Below are positions 1 through 9,683 of a DNA stretch of 64,000 bases, piece after piece. The position numbers and the translations under genes are program-made. The notes beneath the pieces are model-generated. The model ran no database searches and was not told the origin of the DNA. It saw only the letters and a list, made by a program, of their open reading frames with translations. Position 1 is the stretch's first letter. Each line of letters begins with the position of its first letter. The stretch comes from Thermoplasmata archaeon (GTDB taxonomy: Archaea; Thermoplasmatota; Thermoplasmata; RBG-16-68-12), in the NCBI GenBank assembly GCA_035636595.1, contig DASPYU010000017.1, positions 64,040 through 128,039 of the forward strand, read 5' to 3'.

Positions 1-8
1 GGACCCCA

Positions 9-662
9 TTGCTTCGGCGGCTCGAGGTCGCAGGCAACCCCTACGTCGGGGTTTTCAGCGCGGCGAACGATGAGCGTCTCGTCGTTCCGCCCGAGATGCC
101 GAAGTCCGCGATCAAGCACATGGACGAGGCGCTCGGGACGACGCACGTCGTCACGCTCGTGGCCCATTCCACGGTGGTCGGCTCGTTGCTCGCGATGAAC
201 TCGAAGGGCATCCTGGCGTCTCCGTTCATCGAGGATTCGGAACTCGATGCGATCGGCGAGGCCGTGTACCCGCTGCCGCATCGCCTCAGCGCCGTCGGGA
301 ACAACGTGCTCTGCAACGATTACGGCGCCGTTGTCCATCCGAACTACGACGACGAGGCGGTCGCCTTCATCCAGGAGGCGCTCGGCGTCCCCGTCGTCCG
401 CGGCACCGTCGCAGGCGTCAAGACGGTCGGCTCCGTCGCGGTCGCGACGAACAAGGGCGCGCTCTGCCATCCGCACGCCCGGCCCGGAGAAATGGAGGTC
501 CTCAGGTCAGCCCTCAGGGTGCCGGTGCAGATTACGACCGCGAATTACGGCGCGGCGCAGGTCGGCGCGTGCATGGTGGCGAACGTCCACGGGGCCGTCG
601 TCGGCTCCCGGACCACACCCATCGAGCTCGGTCGGATCGAAGAAGGGCTCGGACTGTTCTAG
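9..662 (+). CDS. eif6: Translation initiation factor 6 (aIF6)
   Basis: GNPYVGVF, VGSLLAMNSKG, GNNVLCNDYGAVVHP, TANYG and TTPIELGRIE match the IF6 pentein repeats. Confidence 0.95.
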   Translation: MLRRLEVAGNPYVGVFSAANDERLVVPPEMPKSAIKHMDEALGTTHVVTLVAHSTVVGSLLAMNSKGILASPFIEDSELDAIGEAVYPLPHRLSAVGNNVLCNDYGAVVHPNYDDEAVAFIQEALGVPVVRGTVAGVKTVGSVAVATNKGALCHPHARPGEMEVLRSALRVPVQITTANYGAAQVGACMVANVHGAVVGSRTTPIELGRIEEGLGLF

Positions 663-723
663 TCGTGGCGCTCACAGCCGCTAAAAAAGATTGATATACG
701 ATGGGCCGGCTAGAGTAGTTCCT

Positions 724-1830
724 ATGAAGACCCTGGTCCTGTGCGTCGACCGGGACGACGACATCGGGGTCAAGACCGGCATCAAAGCTCCGCTCATCGG
801 ACGGGAGCCGAACCTGGCCGCCGCGACGAAGCTGGGCCTCGCCGATCCCGAGGACTCCGACGTCAATGCCCTTCTCAGCGCAGTCTCCATCTACGACGGC
901 CTGGTCAAGGAGGGTCAGGAGCCGGAGATCGCGACGATCTGCGGCGACATCCGGGTCGGGTCCATCTCGGACCTCCGACTCACGGAGCAGCTGGACCGCG
1001 TCCTCGCGGAGGTCCGCCCGGATCGCGTCTTCCTCGTGACGGACGGCGCCGAGGACGAGGCGTTCGCGCCAATCGTCAGCTCGCGGATCCGCGTGGACCA
1101 CGTGCGGCGGGTGTACGTGCGGCAGACGCCGACCGCGGAGTCGATGTACTACACAATTGGTCGGCAACTCAAGAACCCGCGGGTCCGCCGGAAGATCGTC
1201 GCCCCGCTCGGGTTCGTCCTCCTCCTGTTCGGCGCGATCTACCTGTACAATCCGCTCGTGGCCCCGGCCCTCGTCCTGATCTTGGCCGGGCTCTACCTGA
1301 TCCTGATCTCCCTGCCGTTCAACAGCGTGAGCGATGTCTTCGCTAAGGCGAATCAATATTACGAGGGGGTGCGGGATTCGGTCGGATCGGGCAACGTCTC
1401 GATTTTCTTCAACATCACGGCCCTGATCCTCCTGCTCGTCGGCATTTTCTTCGGCATGGACTACACGGGCCGCACGGGGGGACCGTACGTCGTGCAGTTC
1501 CTGTCATTCGTCTTCGCCGCGGTCTGGTGGTTCGTCCTTGCGGCGCTCTTCTTCGAAGGCGGGAAGGTCCTCAGCGCCTACTTCCGACATGGGCGCGCCC
1601 CGAAGCACGCGCTCGCGGTCGCGGTGAGCTTCGTCGCGCTCGGGCTGCTGGTCCTCGGGATGACCCAGATCCTGCAGACGATCTTCGGCGAGTACAACGC
1701 GCAGTCCTCCCTGCCGCTCATCTACCTCACCATCGGCCTCGCCCTCTTCCTCGTCGCGGTCACGGGCCTCTCGTATCGAGCCAGCGAGCCGCGGCCTCCG
1801 GAGCCGGTCGACGAAGGCTTCCGTCACTGA
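724..1830 (+). CDS. DUF373 family membrane protein
   Basis: N-terminal LVLCVDRDDDIG, DPEDSDVNA and DGAEDE motifs followed by several TM segments. Confidence 0.85.
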   Translation: MKTLVLCVDRDDDIGVKTGIKAPLIGREPNLAAATKLGLADPEDSDVNALLSAVSIYDGLVKEGQEPEIATICGDIRVGSISDLRLTEQLDRVLAEVRPDRVFLVTDGAEDEAFAPIVSSRIRVDHVRRVYVRQTPTAESMYYTIGRQLKNPRVRRKIVAPLGFVLLLFGAIYLYNPLVAPALVLILAGLYLILISLPFNSVSDVFAKANQYYEGVRDSVGSGNVSIFFNITALILLLVGIFFGMDYTGRTGGPYVVQFLSFVFAAVWWFVLAALFFEGGKVLSAYFRHGRAPKHALAVAVSFVALGLLVLGMTQILQTIFGEYNAQSSLPLIYLTIGLALFLVAVTGLSYRASEPRPPEPVDEGFRH

Positions 1831-1846
1831 CGCGCTGAGGTTCCCG

Positions 1847-2494
1847 ATGGACTTCGAGGCGTGGGAGCCGTTCTACGTCCAGATCCTGAAGGACTTCGGG
1901 TTCTCGCGCGCCCAGGATGAAGCGGTCGCGGCCGAGCTCGACAAGGTCCTCGGCGGCACCCGGGCCTCCGATGCCGACCTGAGGCGGCTCCTCCGAGGGA
2001 AGGAGGTCACCGTCGCGGGTAACGGGCCTAACATCGGCGAGGAGATCGACGACGTCGCGGGCGTGCTTCTTACTGCGGACGAGGCCACGTCGGTGGCTCT
2101 CGCGAACGGGAAATTGCCCGCGATTCTCGTGACGGACCTCGACGGCACCGTGGCCGATCAGGTGAAGGCGAACCAGGAGGGGACCGTGGCCGTCGTCCAT
2201 GGCCATGGGGACAACGGGCCCGCCATCCGGGAATGGGCGCCCCGGTTCGGCGGCATGACCGTCGCGACGACACAGTCCCGACCGATCGGCGGTCTGCGGA
2301 ACTTTGGCGGCTTCACGGACGGGGATCGCGCCGTTTTTCTCGCGGATCACTTCGGCGCTCGACGGATCCATCTGGTCGGCTTCGACTTCGAGCGTCCGAA
2401 CAAGAAAGACCTCGACGCGCGGACGAAGCAACGTAAACTCGATTGGGCGTACATCCTGCTCAGCAGCATCGAGCGGGACGATCTCGAGCTATAG
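1847..2494 (+). CDS. mptE: 6-hydroxymethyl-7,8-dihydropterin pyrophosphokinase MptE-like (DUF115)
   Basis: WEPFY..I..DFGF, VTDLDG, HGHGDN, NFGGFTDGDRA, GFDF and KLDWA motifs. Confidence 0.85.
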   Translation: MDFEAWEPFYVQILKDFGFSRAQDEAVAAELDKVLGGTRASDADLRRLLRGKEVTVAGNGPNIGEEIDDVAGVLLTADEATSVALANGKLPAILVTDLDGTVADQVKANQEGTVAVVHGHGDNGPAIREWAPRFGGMTVATTQSRPIGGLRNFGGFTDGDRAVFLADHFGARRIHLVGFDFERPNKKDLDARTKQRKLDWAYILLSSIERDDLEL

Positions 2495-3934
2495 TCGAGG
2501 GTCGCGGGCTTTTGCGGTCCGCCAGCTCAGGATCGGCTCCCGCGCGGCCTGGACTTCGTCCACCCGGGCGACGGCGGTGTTGTGCGGCGCGCCCCTCAGC
2601 GTGTCCGGGTCCTCTTTGACGATCTTCGTGAGGGCGTTCACGAACCCATCGAGCGTCTCCTTCGTCTCCGTCTCCGTGGGCTCGATCATGAGCGCCTCCT
2701 CGACCAGGTGCGGGAAGTACACCGTCGGCGGATGATAGCCGAAGTCCATCAGCCGCTTCGCGAGGTCGACCGTCCGGACACCTCGAGCCCCGAGCGCCGC
2801 GGCACTCGCGACGAACTCGTGCTTCCGGAGGCCGCCGAACGGCACGTCGATGACGCCTTGGAGGCGGTGCCGAACATAATTCGCGTTGAGGACCGCGTGG
2901 TCCGAGACCTCCCGCAAGCCATCGCCGCCCATCCGGAGGATGTACGCGTATGCGCGGACGAGGAGCGCGAAGTTACCGTACCACGCGCGCACCTTGCCGA
3001 TCGACTTGGGATGGTCGTAATTGAGGTGATATCCGCGTCCGTCGAGGGCGATTCGAGGGACCGGGAGGAACGGTTCGAGTGACTTCTTCACGCCGACCGG
3101 CCCGGCCCCGGGTCCGCCGCCGCCGTGCGGCGTCGTGAAGGTCTTGTGAAGATTGAAGTGGACGATATCGAAGTTCATCTTGCCCGGCGAGGTGCGTCCG
3201 AGGATCGCGTTGAAGTTCGCGCCGTCGTAGTACAGGAGGCCGCCTGCGTTGTGCACGACCTCCGCGATGTCGAGCACGTGGTCCTCGAAGATGCCCAGCG
3301 TGTTCGGATTCGTCAACATGAACGCGAGAGTCCCGTCCCCTGCCGCCGACTCGAGGGCCTTCAAATCGACGCGTCCATCCTTCGAGGGGATCTCGACGAT
3401 CTCGAAGCCGAGCATCCCCGCGGACGCGAAGTTCGTCCCGTGTGCGGTGTCCGGCAAGATGACCTGGTGCCGCTCCTCGCCGCGATCGCGATGGTACGCC
3501 TGCGCGAGTAGCAGGCCCGTGTGCTCTCCCTGCGCGCCCGCCGCGGGTTGTAGGGTCACCGCGTCCATGCCGGCGATGCGACCCAGCATGTCCTGCAGCT
3601 CGTACAGGAGGCGCAGCGCGCCCTGTATCGTCGTCTCGTCCTGGTCCGGGTGGATGCGGGCGACCGTCGGGAGGGCCGCGAGTTCCTCGGTGAATTTCGG
3701 GTTGAATTTCATCGTGCACGAGCCGAGCGGGTAGAACCCCGTGTCGATCCCGAAGTTCATCTGCGAGAGGCGGGTGAAGTGCCGGACGACGTCGTGCTCC
3801 GGGAGGTTCGGGATGGCGAGGCGCTCGCGCCGGAGTTTCGCCGGGACGAGGTCCTTGAGGTCGACGTCCTCCTCCGGGGCCGATCGCTTGTCCAGGAGGA
3901 GCGGCTCATCCCAATAGGCCTGGCGGAAACTCAC
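2489..3934 (-). CDS. gcvPB: Glycine dehydrogenase (decarboxylating) subunit 2
   Basis: YPLGSCTMKFNP, QPAAGAQGE and PLP lysine in NLHKTFTTPHGGGGPG; GTG start overlaps the gcvPA stop (GTGA). Confidence 0.95.
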   Translation of the reverse strand: MSFRQAYWDEPLLLDKRSAPEEDVDLKDLVPAKLRRERLAIPNLPEHDVVRHFTRLSQMNFGIDTGFYPLGSCTMKFNPKFTEELAALPTVARIHPDQDETTIQGALRLLYELQDMLGRIAGMDAVTLQPAAGAQGEHTGLLLAQAYHRDRGEERHQVILPDTAHGTNFASAGMLGFEIVEIPSKDGRVDLKALESAAGDGTLAFMLTNPNTLGIFEDHVLDIAEVVHNAGGLLYYDGANFNAILGRTSPGKMNFDIVHFNLHKTFTTPHGGGGPGAGPVGVKKSLEPFLPVPRIALDGRGYHLNYDHPKSIGKVRAWYGNFALLVRAYAYILRMGGDGLREVSDHAVLNANYVRHRLQGVIDVPFGGLRKHEFVASAAALGARGVRTVDLAKRLMDFGYHPPTVYFPHLVEEALMIEPTETETKETLDGFVNALTKIVKEDPDTLRGAPHNTAVARVDEVQAAREPILSWRTAKARDPRL

Positions 3935-5256
3935 GCGGCCACCGCCTCGAGGGCCTTTAGGAGCCGGGAGACGTCCGCGTCCTTCTGTCGTTCCGTCGTC
4001 GCGAACAGCGCGGCATCCTTCAACTCCGGAAGCTGACGCGCAAGGGGCATCCCTCCGTGCACGCCTCGCTCCAGTAGTCCGCGATGGACTTGGGCGTAAT
4101 CCCGTTTTGACCGCACGATGAACTCGTTGAAGTGGGCCCCGTGGAAGACCGGCGCGGTGAAGCCCGGGATCTTGTCGATCGCCGCCGCAAGCTCCTTCGC
4201 CCGCCGGATGTTCTCCGCCGCGAGTTTTCGCAGGCCGTTCGAGCCCATGACCGCGATGAACGTCGCCGCCGCGACCGCCAGGAGGGACTCGTTCGTGCAG
4301 ATGTTGGACATCGCCTTCTCTCGGCGGATGTGCTGCTCCCTCGTCTGGAGAGTCATGCAGAACGCGCGATGCCCTTTCGCATCCCGGGTCAGGCCGATCA
4401 CCCGACCGGGCATCTTGCGAATGTGCTCCTGTCGGCACGCGAAGATCCCAAGGAGCGGTCCGCCGCAATTCACGGAGGTACCGAGGGACTGCCCCTCTCC
4501 GATGACGATGTCCGCGCCGAAGTCCCCCGGTGGACGGACCACTGCTTGCGCGATCGGGTTCACGCCGACGATCAAGACGGCGTCCGTCATCTGGCGGATC
4601 TCGGCGAGCTGTTCTTCGAGCCGACCGAAGAAATTCGGGTTCTCAACGTACACACCACATACGTCCGCGGACAGGGACCCCTTGAGCTTCGCGAGGTCGA
4701 GCATCCCGGTCTTGCGGTCGTAGTCGACCTCTTGGATTCCGATCCCCGTCCCGACGAGGTAGTTCGCGAGGACCGCTCGGCGATTGTGCCGCAACGCGCG
4801 TGGGATCAGGAAGACGTTGCCGCCATGGATCCGATGGGCCATCCGCGCCGCTTCGCCGAGTGCGGTCGAAGCATCGTACATCGAGGTGTTCGCGGCGTCC
4901 ATCCCGGTGAGCTCGCAGATCAGGCTCTGGTATTCCCAGAGGGTCTGGAGGAGACCCTGGCTCAGCTCCGCCTGGTAGGGCGTGTACGCCGTGTAGAATT
5001 CGGAGCGCGAGGTGATCGCCCGAACGCTGGCGGGGACGAAGTGGTCGTAGAGGCCGCCTCCGAGGAACGTCGGCATGTCCGCCATCGTCCGGTTCGCGGA
5101 GAGCAGCGAGGTCACGTGCCGCACGACGGTCAGTTCCGGGAGGCCATCCGGCAGGTCCAGTTTCGGGATGCGGACCGCAGCGGGGATGTCCGCGAAGAGG
5201 TCGTCGATGCTCCGCAAGCCTATCGCCCGGAGCATCTCGTCCTCGTCCGAGGGCAT
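3931..5256 (-). CDS. gcvPA: Glycine dehydrogenase (decarboxylating) subunit 1
   Basis: EFYTAYTPYQAELSQG, NTSMYD and LQTREQHIRREKAMSNICTN. Confidence 0.95.
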   Translation of the reverse strand: MPSDEDEMLRAIGLRSIDDLFADIPAAVRIPKLDLPDGLPELTVVRHVTSLLSANRTMADMPTFLGGGLYDHFVPASVRAITSRSEFYTAYTPYQAELSQGLLQTLWEYQSLICELTGMDAANTSMYDASTALGEAARMAHRIHGGNVFLIPRALRHNRRAVLANYLVGTGIGIQEVDYDRKTGMLDLAKLKGSLSADVCGVYVENPNFFGRLEEQLAEIRQMTDAVLIVGVNPIAQAVVRPPGDFGADIVIGEGQSLGTSVNCGGPLLGIFACRQEHIRKMPGRVIGLTRDAKGHRAFCMTLQTREQHIRREKAMSNICTNESLLAVAAATFIAVMGSNGLRKLAAENIRRAKELAAAIDKIPGFTAPVFHGAHFNEFIVRSKRDYAQVHRGLLERGVHGGMPLARQLPELKDAALFATTERQKDADVSRLLKALEAVAA

Positions 5257-5282
5257 GCGGTTCCTGCTGAGAGAGGTGCCGG

Positions 5283-5288
5283 CTTAAA
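5283..5288 (-). promoter_or_regulatory. TATA box of gcvPAB (probably leaderless transcript)
   Basis: TTTAAG 26 nt upstream of the gcvPA ATG; no SD motif. Confidence 0.6.
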
Positions 5289-5308
5289 GGGTTTGGCATC
5301 GACGCCGA

Positions 5309-5896
5309 TCAGGCGACGGCGCGGCCGTACGCCGCGAACTCCCGAACCAGTCGGAGGCCGGACCCGGCCTCGACGATGGCGGCATTCCCGAAGCCGATCG
5401 AGTCCTTGTACGCCTCATCCAGTCGCGAGCCTTTGATTTCCGAAAGAACCAGCGAGAACAGGGTGCCGTGTCCGGCAATCGCCACCGTACGGCCCTCGTT
5501 CTCAGAGCCAATCATCTGGAGACAATCTCGACCGCGGACTGCCGCCATGGACAGCGATTCCTTCACTGGCGGAACGAAGTCCAGGTCTTGCCAGGCGCGC
5601 ATTTCGAGTGCCTTGTACTCCGGTTGCGGGATGCCCGAGTCATCGGCGGACCACTCGCGCAAGCACGGGCGTTTCATGATCTGCGCTTTGAACCTCTCGG
5701 AGAGGACGATCGCCGTTTCAATGCTCCGTCGCAACGGACTCGCGTAGACCCGCGTCGGAGGATTCACGGGCCATGCGGCGGCGAGCGCCTCGATCTGCCG
5801 GCGGCCGAGGTCCGAGAGCGGGGCCCGATCGAAGTTCGACGTACCGATGGGCCGGACGATCTCCCCATGTCGCACGAGAACGAGCGTCGCGGTCAG
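5309..5896 (-). CDS. Histidine phosphatase family protein (CTG start proposed)
   Basis: LVLVRHGE, ASPLRRS.ET, LREW and GHG motifs; the beta-strand before RHG requires a start upstream of the first GTG (5875). Confidence 0.8.
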   Translation of the reverse strand: MTATLVLVRHGEIVRPIGTSNFDRAPLSDLGRRQIEALAAAWPVNPPTRVYASPLRRSIETAIVLSERFKAQIMKRPCLREWSADDSGIPQPEYKALEMRAWQDLDFVPPVKESLSMAAVRGRDCLQMIGSENEGRTVAIAGHGTLFSLVLSEIKGSRLDEAYKDSIGFGNAAIVEAGSGLRLVREFAAYGRAVA

Positions 5897-6105
5897 GCCG
5901 ACCCTCCCGATACGACCCCAATCACCCGGATGCGCTCGCCGTCCGCGAGGGGCTCGTCGATCGGGATCGGCGTACCGCCGCGGACGAGCAGGTGCGCGTT
6001 AGGTGGCAACCGTAGCGCACGAAGGAGGTCGAATCCTCTCGCACCCGGTTCGAGGGTCACGGTCTCCTCTCCCCGGCGCGGCACAAGCTCGGCGATGATT
6101 TGCAT
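5893..6105 (-). CDS. Ubiquitin-like MoaD/ThiS/SAMP family protein
   Basis: 70 aa beta-grasp pattern ending L.DGERIRVIGVVSGG-SA; CTTAAG TATA at 6129-6134. Confidence 0.85.
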   Translation of the reverse strand: MQIIAELVPRRGEETVTLEPGARGFDLLRALRLPPNAHLLVRGGTPIPIDEPLADGERIRVIGVVSGGSA

Positions 6106-6196
6106 GCGCTGTCGAGCGCGCGAGGCGGCTTAAGCGTTCGTCCATCGACTCGCCGTCGGAACTCTTATGCGGAGCCTTGTTCTCAGGAGAACCGCT

Positions 6197-6278
6197 GCCC
6201 AGGTCGCCTAGTCCGGTAGGGCGGCGGTCTCGAAAACCGCTGGGTTACCCCTCGCAGGTTCAAATCCTGCCCTGGGCG
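6197..6278 (+). tRNA. tRNA-Ser(CGA)
   Basis: Acceptor GCCCAGG/CCTGGGC, anticodon arm GCGGT-CTCGAAA-ACCGC, variable arm, T arm GCAGG-TTCAAAT-CCTGC; CCA not encoded. Confidence 0.95.
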
Positions 6279-6414
6279 CTCCACTCAGGGACGAAACGCA
6301 CTTTGGGGAAACCGGCACACCGCAGAATCGCGTCGGGAAACGCGATCTCCGAGCCCTTGTCGCTCCTGACGGACCACGCGGCCCGGCCCTTTCCTTTTAT
6401 CTTCCAATTAACAT

Positions 6415-6705
6415 GTGAACCGAGGCGGGCATCTCTTGGCTTCGCGAATTCGCCTTCAGGTTGCCGGGATTGCGATAGTGCTGGTGGCCTGGTTGGTCTT
6501 CTTGGTGGCTTCGTCGCCACCGGTGCAGGGGGAGTGTTGCTTCCGGGGGACTTTTCACTATTGGCTCGCGCTTCCCCAGGGCCAGGACTTCGTCACCGCT
6601 TTCGAACTGGTGTCGGTGATTGTTCTTTTGTATTGCTCTGCAAGCATCGCTATTACGTGGTTCGAGGATAGGCGGCAAGAGAGGTCCGAAGGTGAACATA
6701 AGTAG
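6415..6705 (+). CDS. Hypothetical small two-TM membrane protein
   Basis: Two hydrophobic segments; lies in lower-GC DNA just after tRNA-Ser; start uncertain. Confidence 0.4.
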   Translation: MNRGGHLLASRIRLQVAGIAIVLVAWLVFLVASSPPVQGECCFRGTFHYWLALPQGQDFVTAFELVSVIVLLYCSASIAITWFEDRRQERSEGEHK

Positions 6706-6816
6706 TTTCGCGCTCCACCGGAGTGTCAATCGGTGGATTGCTTCACGCTTGATTAGAGAAAGGTTGATTCCCTAGGAATCGCGTCCCGCATCGGCGTCCT
6801 AAGCAGAGGTGGTTCC

Positions 6817-7167
6817 GTGGTCCAGATCATCAAGCGCGACGAATTGAAGGCCAAGCTCGACCGCCGAGAACCGCTGCAGCTCGTTATGGCGATGGACGAA
6901 TGGCACTACGAAGCATGTCGAATCCCCGGGTCGATCCTGTTGTCGAACAAGCGCGATGCCGGCAAGGTCCTCCTCAAGAACCGGGAAACCATCGTCTATT
7001 GCTCCGACGACGCGTGCTCCGCGAGCCGCGCGGTCGCGGATTTCCTCGAGCGGTCCGGCTACGAGAAGGTCGGGCACTATCCAGGCGGACTTCATGACTG
7101 GATGGATGCCGGATACCCTCTCGAAGGGACGATGATTACCGCCAACGCCCAGTCGTCACGTACGTGA
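6817..7167 (+). CDS. Rhodanese-like domain protein
   Basis: RIPGS, IVYCSDDACSAS active-site loop and Y.GG..DW...GYP; SD GAGGTGG. Confidence 0.85.
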   Translation: MVQIIKRDELKAKLDRREPLQLVMAMDEWHYEACRIPGSILLSNKRDAGKVLLKNRETIVYCSDDACSASRAVADFLERSGYEKVGHYPGGLHDWMDAGYPLEGTMITANAQSSRT

Positions 7168-7204
7168 TGTAATAGCCTTTGGATGAAGCACCGTTCCGGT
7201 TCAC

Positions 7205-8623
7205 TCAGCCGGGTTTGACATTCTGGTTCACCTGGAAGAAGTTCGTCGGATCCCACTTCGCCTTGATCGCCGCGAGGCGTCGCAAGTTCCCGCGATACGC
7301 GTCGGGGATTCGGTCTTGAACCTCATCTTCTGTGAGGAAGTTCACGTACACGCCGCCCGTCGAGAACTTGCGGATCGCTTGCCATCCCTCACGTGCCCAC
7401 GCGATTTTCGGCTCGGGCGGACCCGAGTCCCACCCGGCCTGAATCGTAAGATTGTACGCGGCGTCGCGGTTCCCCACGGCGGTCGCATCGGCCGGTCGCT
7501 CGCCAATCGTACCGTTGACTTGGAAGAGCAGTGTGAGCGAGAACGGCGAGGGCAATTGGCGGGCGCGCGCGAGGAACGTCTCGAGGAGCTCGTCCGGAAG
7601 GCTGGCGAGCCACTCCGACTTCCAATAGTAGTGACGCCCGTTGGGCTGCGTCGCATCGAGCATCATCTGCTGCTCGCAGTAGGTCTTCTCCATGACGCTG
7701 TCAGCCACGGGCTTGCCCCACGCCTTGATCGGCGCGAGATCGCGGCGCGCCTGCTCCAGGCTCCCGGAGTGGCAGAGCACGAGCGCCACCACGGGTTTTC
7801 CCTGCCAGTCACGTGGGACCCACGGCGCATCCGGTGCGATGCGGCAGATGAGGACCGAGGTGAGCTCCCGCGGCGCGGTCGCGGTGTACTCCCGGAAGAA
7901 TTGGAGGACCTTCGCGGCCTCGCTCATCGGATGCAGGATGATGCCGCCCATGATGCGGGGGCCGACGGGATGCAGCTGATATTCTAGGGACGTCACGACG
8001 CCGAAATTGCCACTCCCGCCACGGAGGCCCCAGAAGAGATCGGCGTTCTCGCGCTCGCTCGCGCGGACCACGCGCCCTTCCGCCGTCACGACTTCCGCGG
8101 ACACGAGGTTGTCCGAGGCCCAGCCGAACCGTCGTGTGAGGTAACCGAATCCTCCGCCTAGTGTCAGCCCCGCCGCTCCCGTGAGCGAGACGAATCCGAA
8201 AACCGCCGCGAGCCCGTGGACTTGCGTCTCCCGATCGATCGTTCCGAGCAAACACCCGCTCTGCGCAATCGCGCGCTTTGCCGCGGGATCGACGGACACG
8301 CCCCTCATCAAGGTGAGATCGATCATCAGCGCGTCATCGGCGACCGCGAGCCCCGCGATGTTATGCCCACCTGCCCGTACGCAGAGGAGGAGATCGCGTT
8401 CGCGCGCGAACTTAACCGCCTCGACGACGTCGGCCGTCCCGGTGCAGCGAACGATGAGGCCGGGTCGGCGATTGGTCATCCCGTTCCAGATTGCGCGGGC
8501 CGTGTCGTAGGCGGCTTCTCCGGGCAGGACGACTTGCCCACGGACGTGGGACCGTAGCAATGCGAGGGCAGCATCGTCGAGGGAGATTCTCCCGCCCTCC
8601 CGTTTCTTGACCTGCACGTCCAC
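7205..8623 (-). CDS. FAD-binding oxidoreductase (berberine-bridge-enzyme-like, VAO superfamily)
   Basis: RAGGHN covalent-FAD His motif, DLFWGLRGGSGNFGVVT and C-terminal YVNF...KAKWDPTNFF. Confidence 0.9.
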   Translation of the reverse strand: MDVQVKKREGGRISLDDAALALLRSHVRGQVVLPGEAAYDTARAIWNGMTNRRPGLIVRCTGTADVVEAVKFARERDLLLCVRAGGHNIAGLAVADDALMIDLTLMRGVSVDPAAKRAIAQSGCLLGTIDRETQVHGLAAVFGFVSLTGAAGLTLGGGFGYLTRRFGWASDNLVSAEVVTAEGRVVRASERENADLFWGLRGGSGNFGVVTSLEYQLHPVGPRIMGGIILHPMSEAAKVLQFFREYTATAPRELTSVLICRIAPDAPWVPRDWQGKPVVALVLCHSGSLEQARRDLAPIKAWGKPVADSVMEKTYCEQQMMLDATQPNGRHYYWKSEWLASLPDELLETFLARARQLPSPFSLTLLFQVNGTIGERPADATAVGNRDAAYNLTIQAGWDSGPPEPKIAWAREGWQAIRKFSTGGVYVNFLTEDEVQDRIPDAYRGNLRRLAAIKAKWDPTNFFQVNQNVKPG

Positions 8624-8757
8624 GACGAACCATCCTGGAGCGGAGAGCTCGGGACCGGCCTCGACCGGATTTAAGGCTGATGTCGGCCGACCGCGGGAGC
8701 CGCCAGCGTAATCGCGGACCCCACAACGATAATCGCCTCCGAGGCCCTCTCGGTCCT

Positions 8758-9174
8758 ATGTCCGCGCCGTTGGGGAAGCTCACGTTCTTGTACGTCGGCA
8801 CCTCCGACCTCGACCGCGATCTCGAATACTACACGAAGGTCCTCGGGGCGAAGCTCCTCTGGAACTATCACGAATTCGGGGCGAAGGTTGCATCCGTGCG
8901 GCTGTCCGATGGCCCGCAATTCATCCTCGCCGACCACCGGAAGGCGCCATCCGTGCTCCCGATTTTCGAGGTCAAGGACCTCAAGGCAACCGCGAAGGAC
9001 CTCCGGTCCCGCGGGTGGAAGGCCGAGGGCCGCTCCTTCGAGATCCCGCCCGGTCCGTGCCACGTCTTCAAGGATCCCAGCGGGAACGAGCTCGCGTTCT
9101 TCGAGAACGCACGGCCCGGCTTGATGGAAACATCCTTCGGGGATGCCGACATTCGGCGCTCTAGGCGCAAGTGA
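8758..9174 (+). CDS. VOC/glyoxalase family protein
   Basis: DLDR.LEYYTKVLG and FKDPSGNEL motifs. Confidence 0.8.
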   Translation: MSAPLGKLTFLYVGTSDLDRDLEYYTKVLGAKLLWNYHEFGAKVASVRLSDGPQFILADHRKAPSVLPIFEVKDLKATAKDLRSRGWKAEGRSFEIPPGPCHVFKDPSGNELAFFENARPGLMETSFGDADIRRSRRK

Positions 9175-9186
9175 CGGAGATCCGGG

Positions 9187-9630
9187 ATGTTCGAGCACCC
9201 GAACGTGACGTTGGTCACGCACCTCTACGACGCCTTCGATACGAAGGACACCGAGCGCCTGAAGAGGCTGATTGCCGAGGACGCGATCTGGTACGTGCCC
9301 GGCTCCACCCCGATCTCGGGGGAGCACAAGGGCCAGGCGGCGATCCTCGCGTACTTCGCGAAGCTCGGGGAGCTGAGCGGCGGCACGTTCCGCGCGGAAC
9401 TCGTCGATATCCTCGCGAGCGACATGCACGCCGTCGCGCTCGCGACCGCGACGGGGACGCGGGGCGACCGCACCTTCGAGGGCAGCTACCTCCTCTTGTT
9501 GCGGATCGAGAACGGCCGGATCGTTGAGGCGCGCCTCTTCAACGACGACCCCGCGGCGTTCCAGGCGTTCTGGGCCGAGGGCGACACGCCGGTGTCGGAC
9601 CCGTCTTCCGCCGGCGAGAGCGACGTGTGA
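9187..9630 (+). CDS. SnoaL-like / NTF2 family protein
   Basis: LYDAF, EDAIWYVPG...SGEHKG and RIENGRIVE. Confidence 0.8.
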   Translation: MFEHPNVTLVTHLYDAFDTKDTERLKRLIAEDAIWYVPGSTPISGEHKGQAAILAYFAKLGELSGGTFRAELVDILASDMHAVALATATGTRGDRTFEGSYLLLLRIENGRIVEARLFNDDPAAFQAFWAEGDTPVSDPSSAGESDV

Positions 9631-9683
9631 CCACGCCCCACGGAACCCGCTCAACATACACCGCCGAGGCGTTGGGAGGGCCC

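Noticed and set aside
3935..4468. N-terminal extension of gcvPB in the ORF track
   Set aside because: Overlaps gcvPA out of frame; recognisable sequence begins at the GTGA-coupled start.
6250..6278. att duplication of the tRNA-Ser 3' end
   Set aside because: No second copy found by eye in the window.
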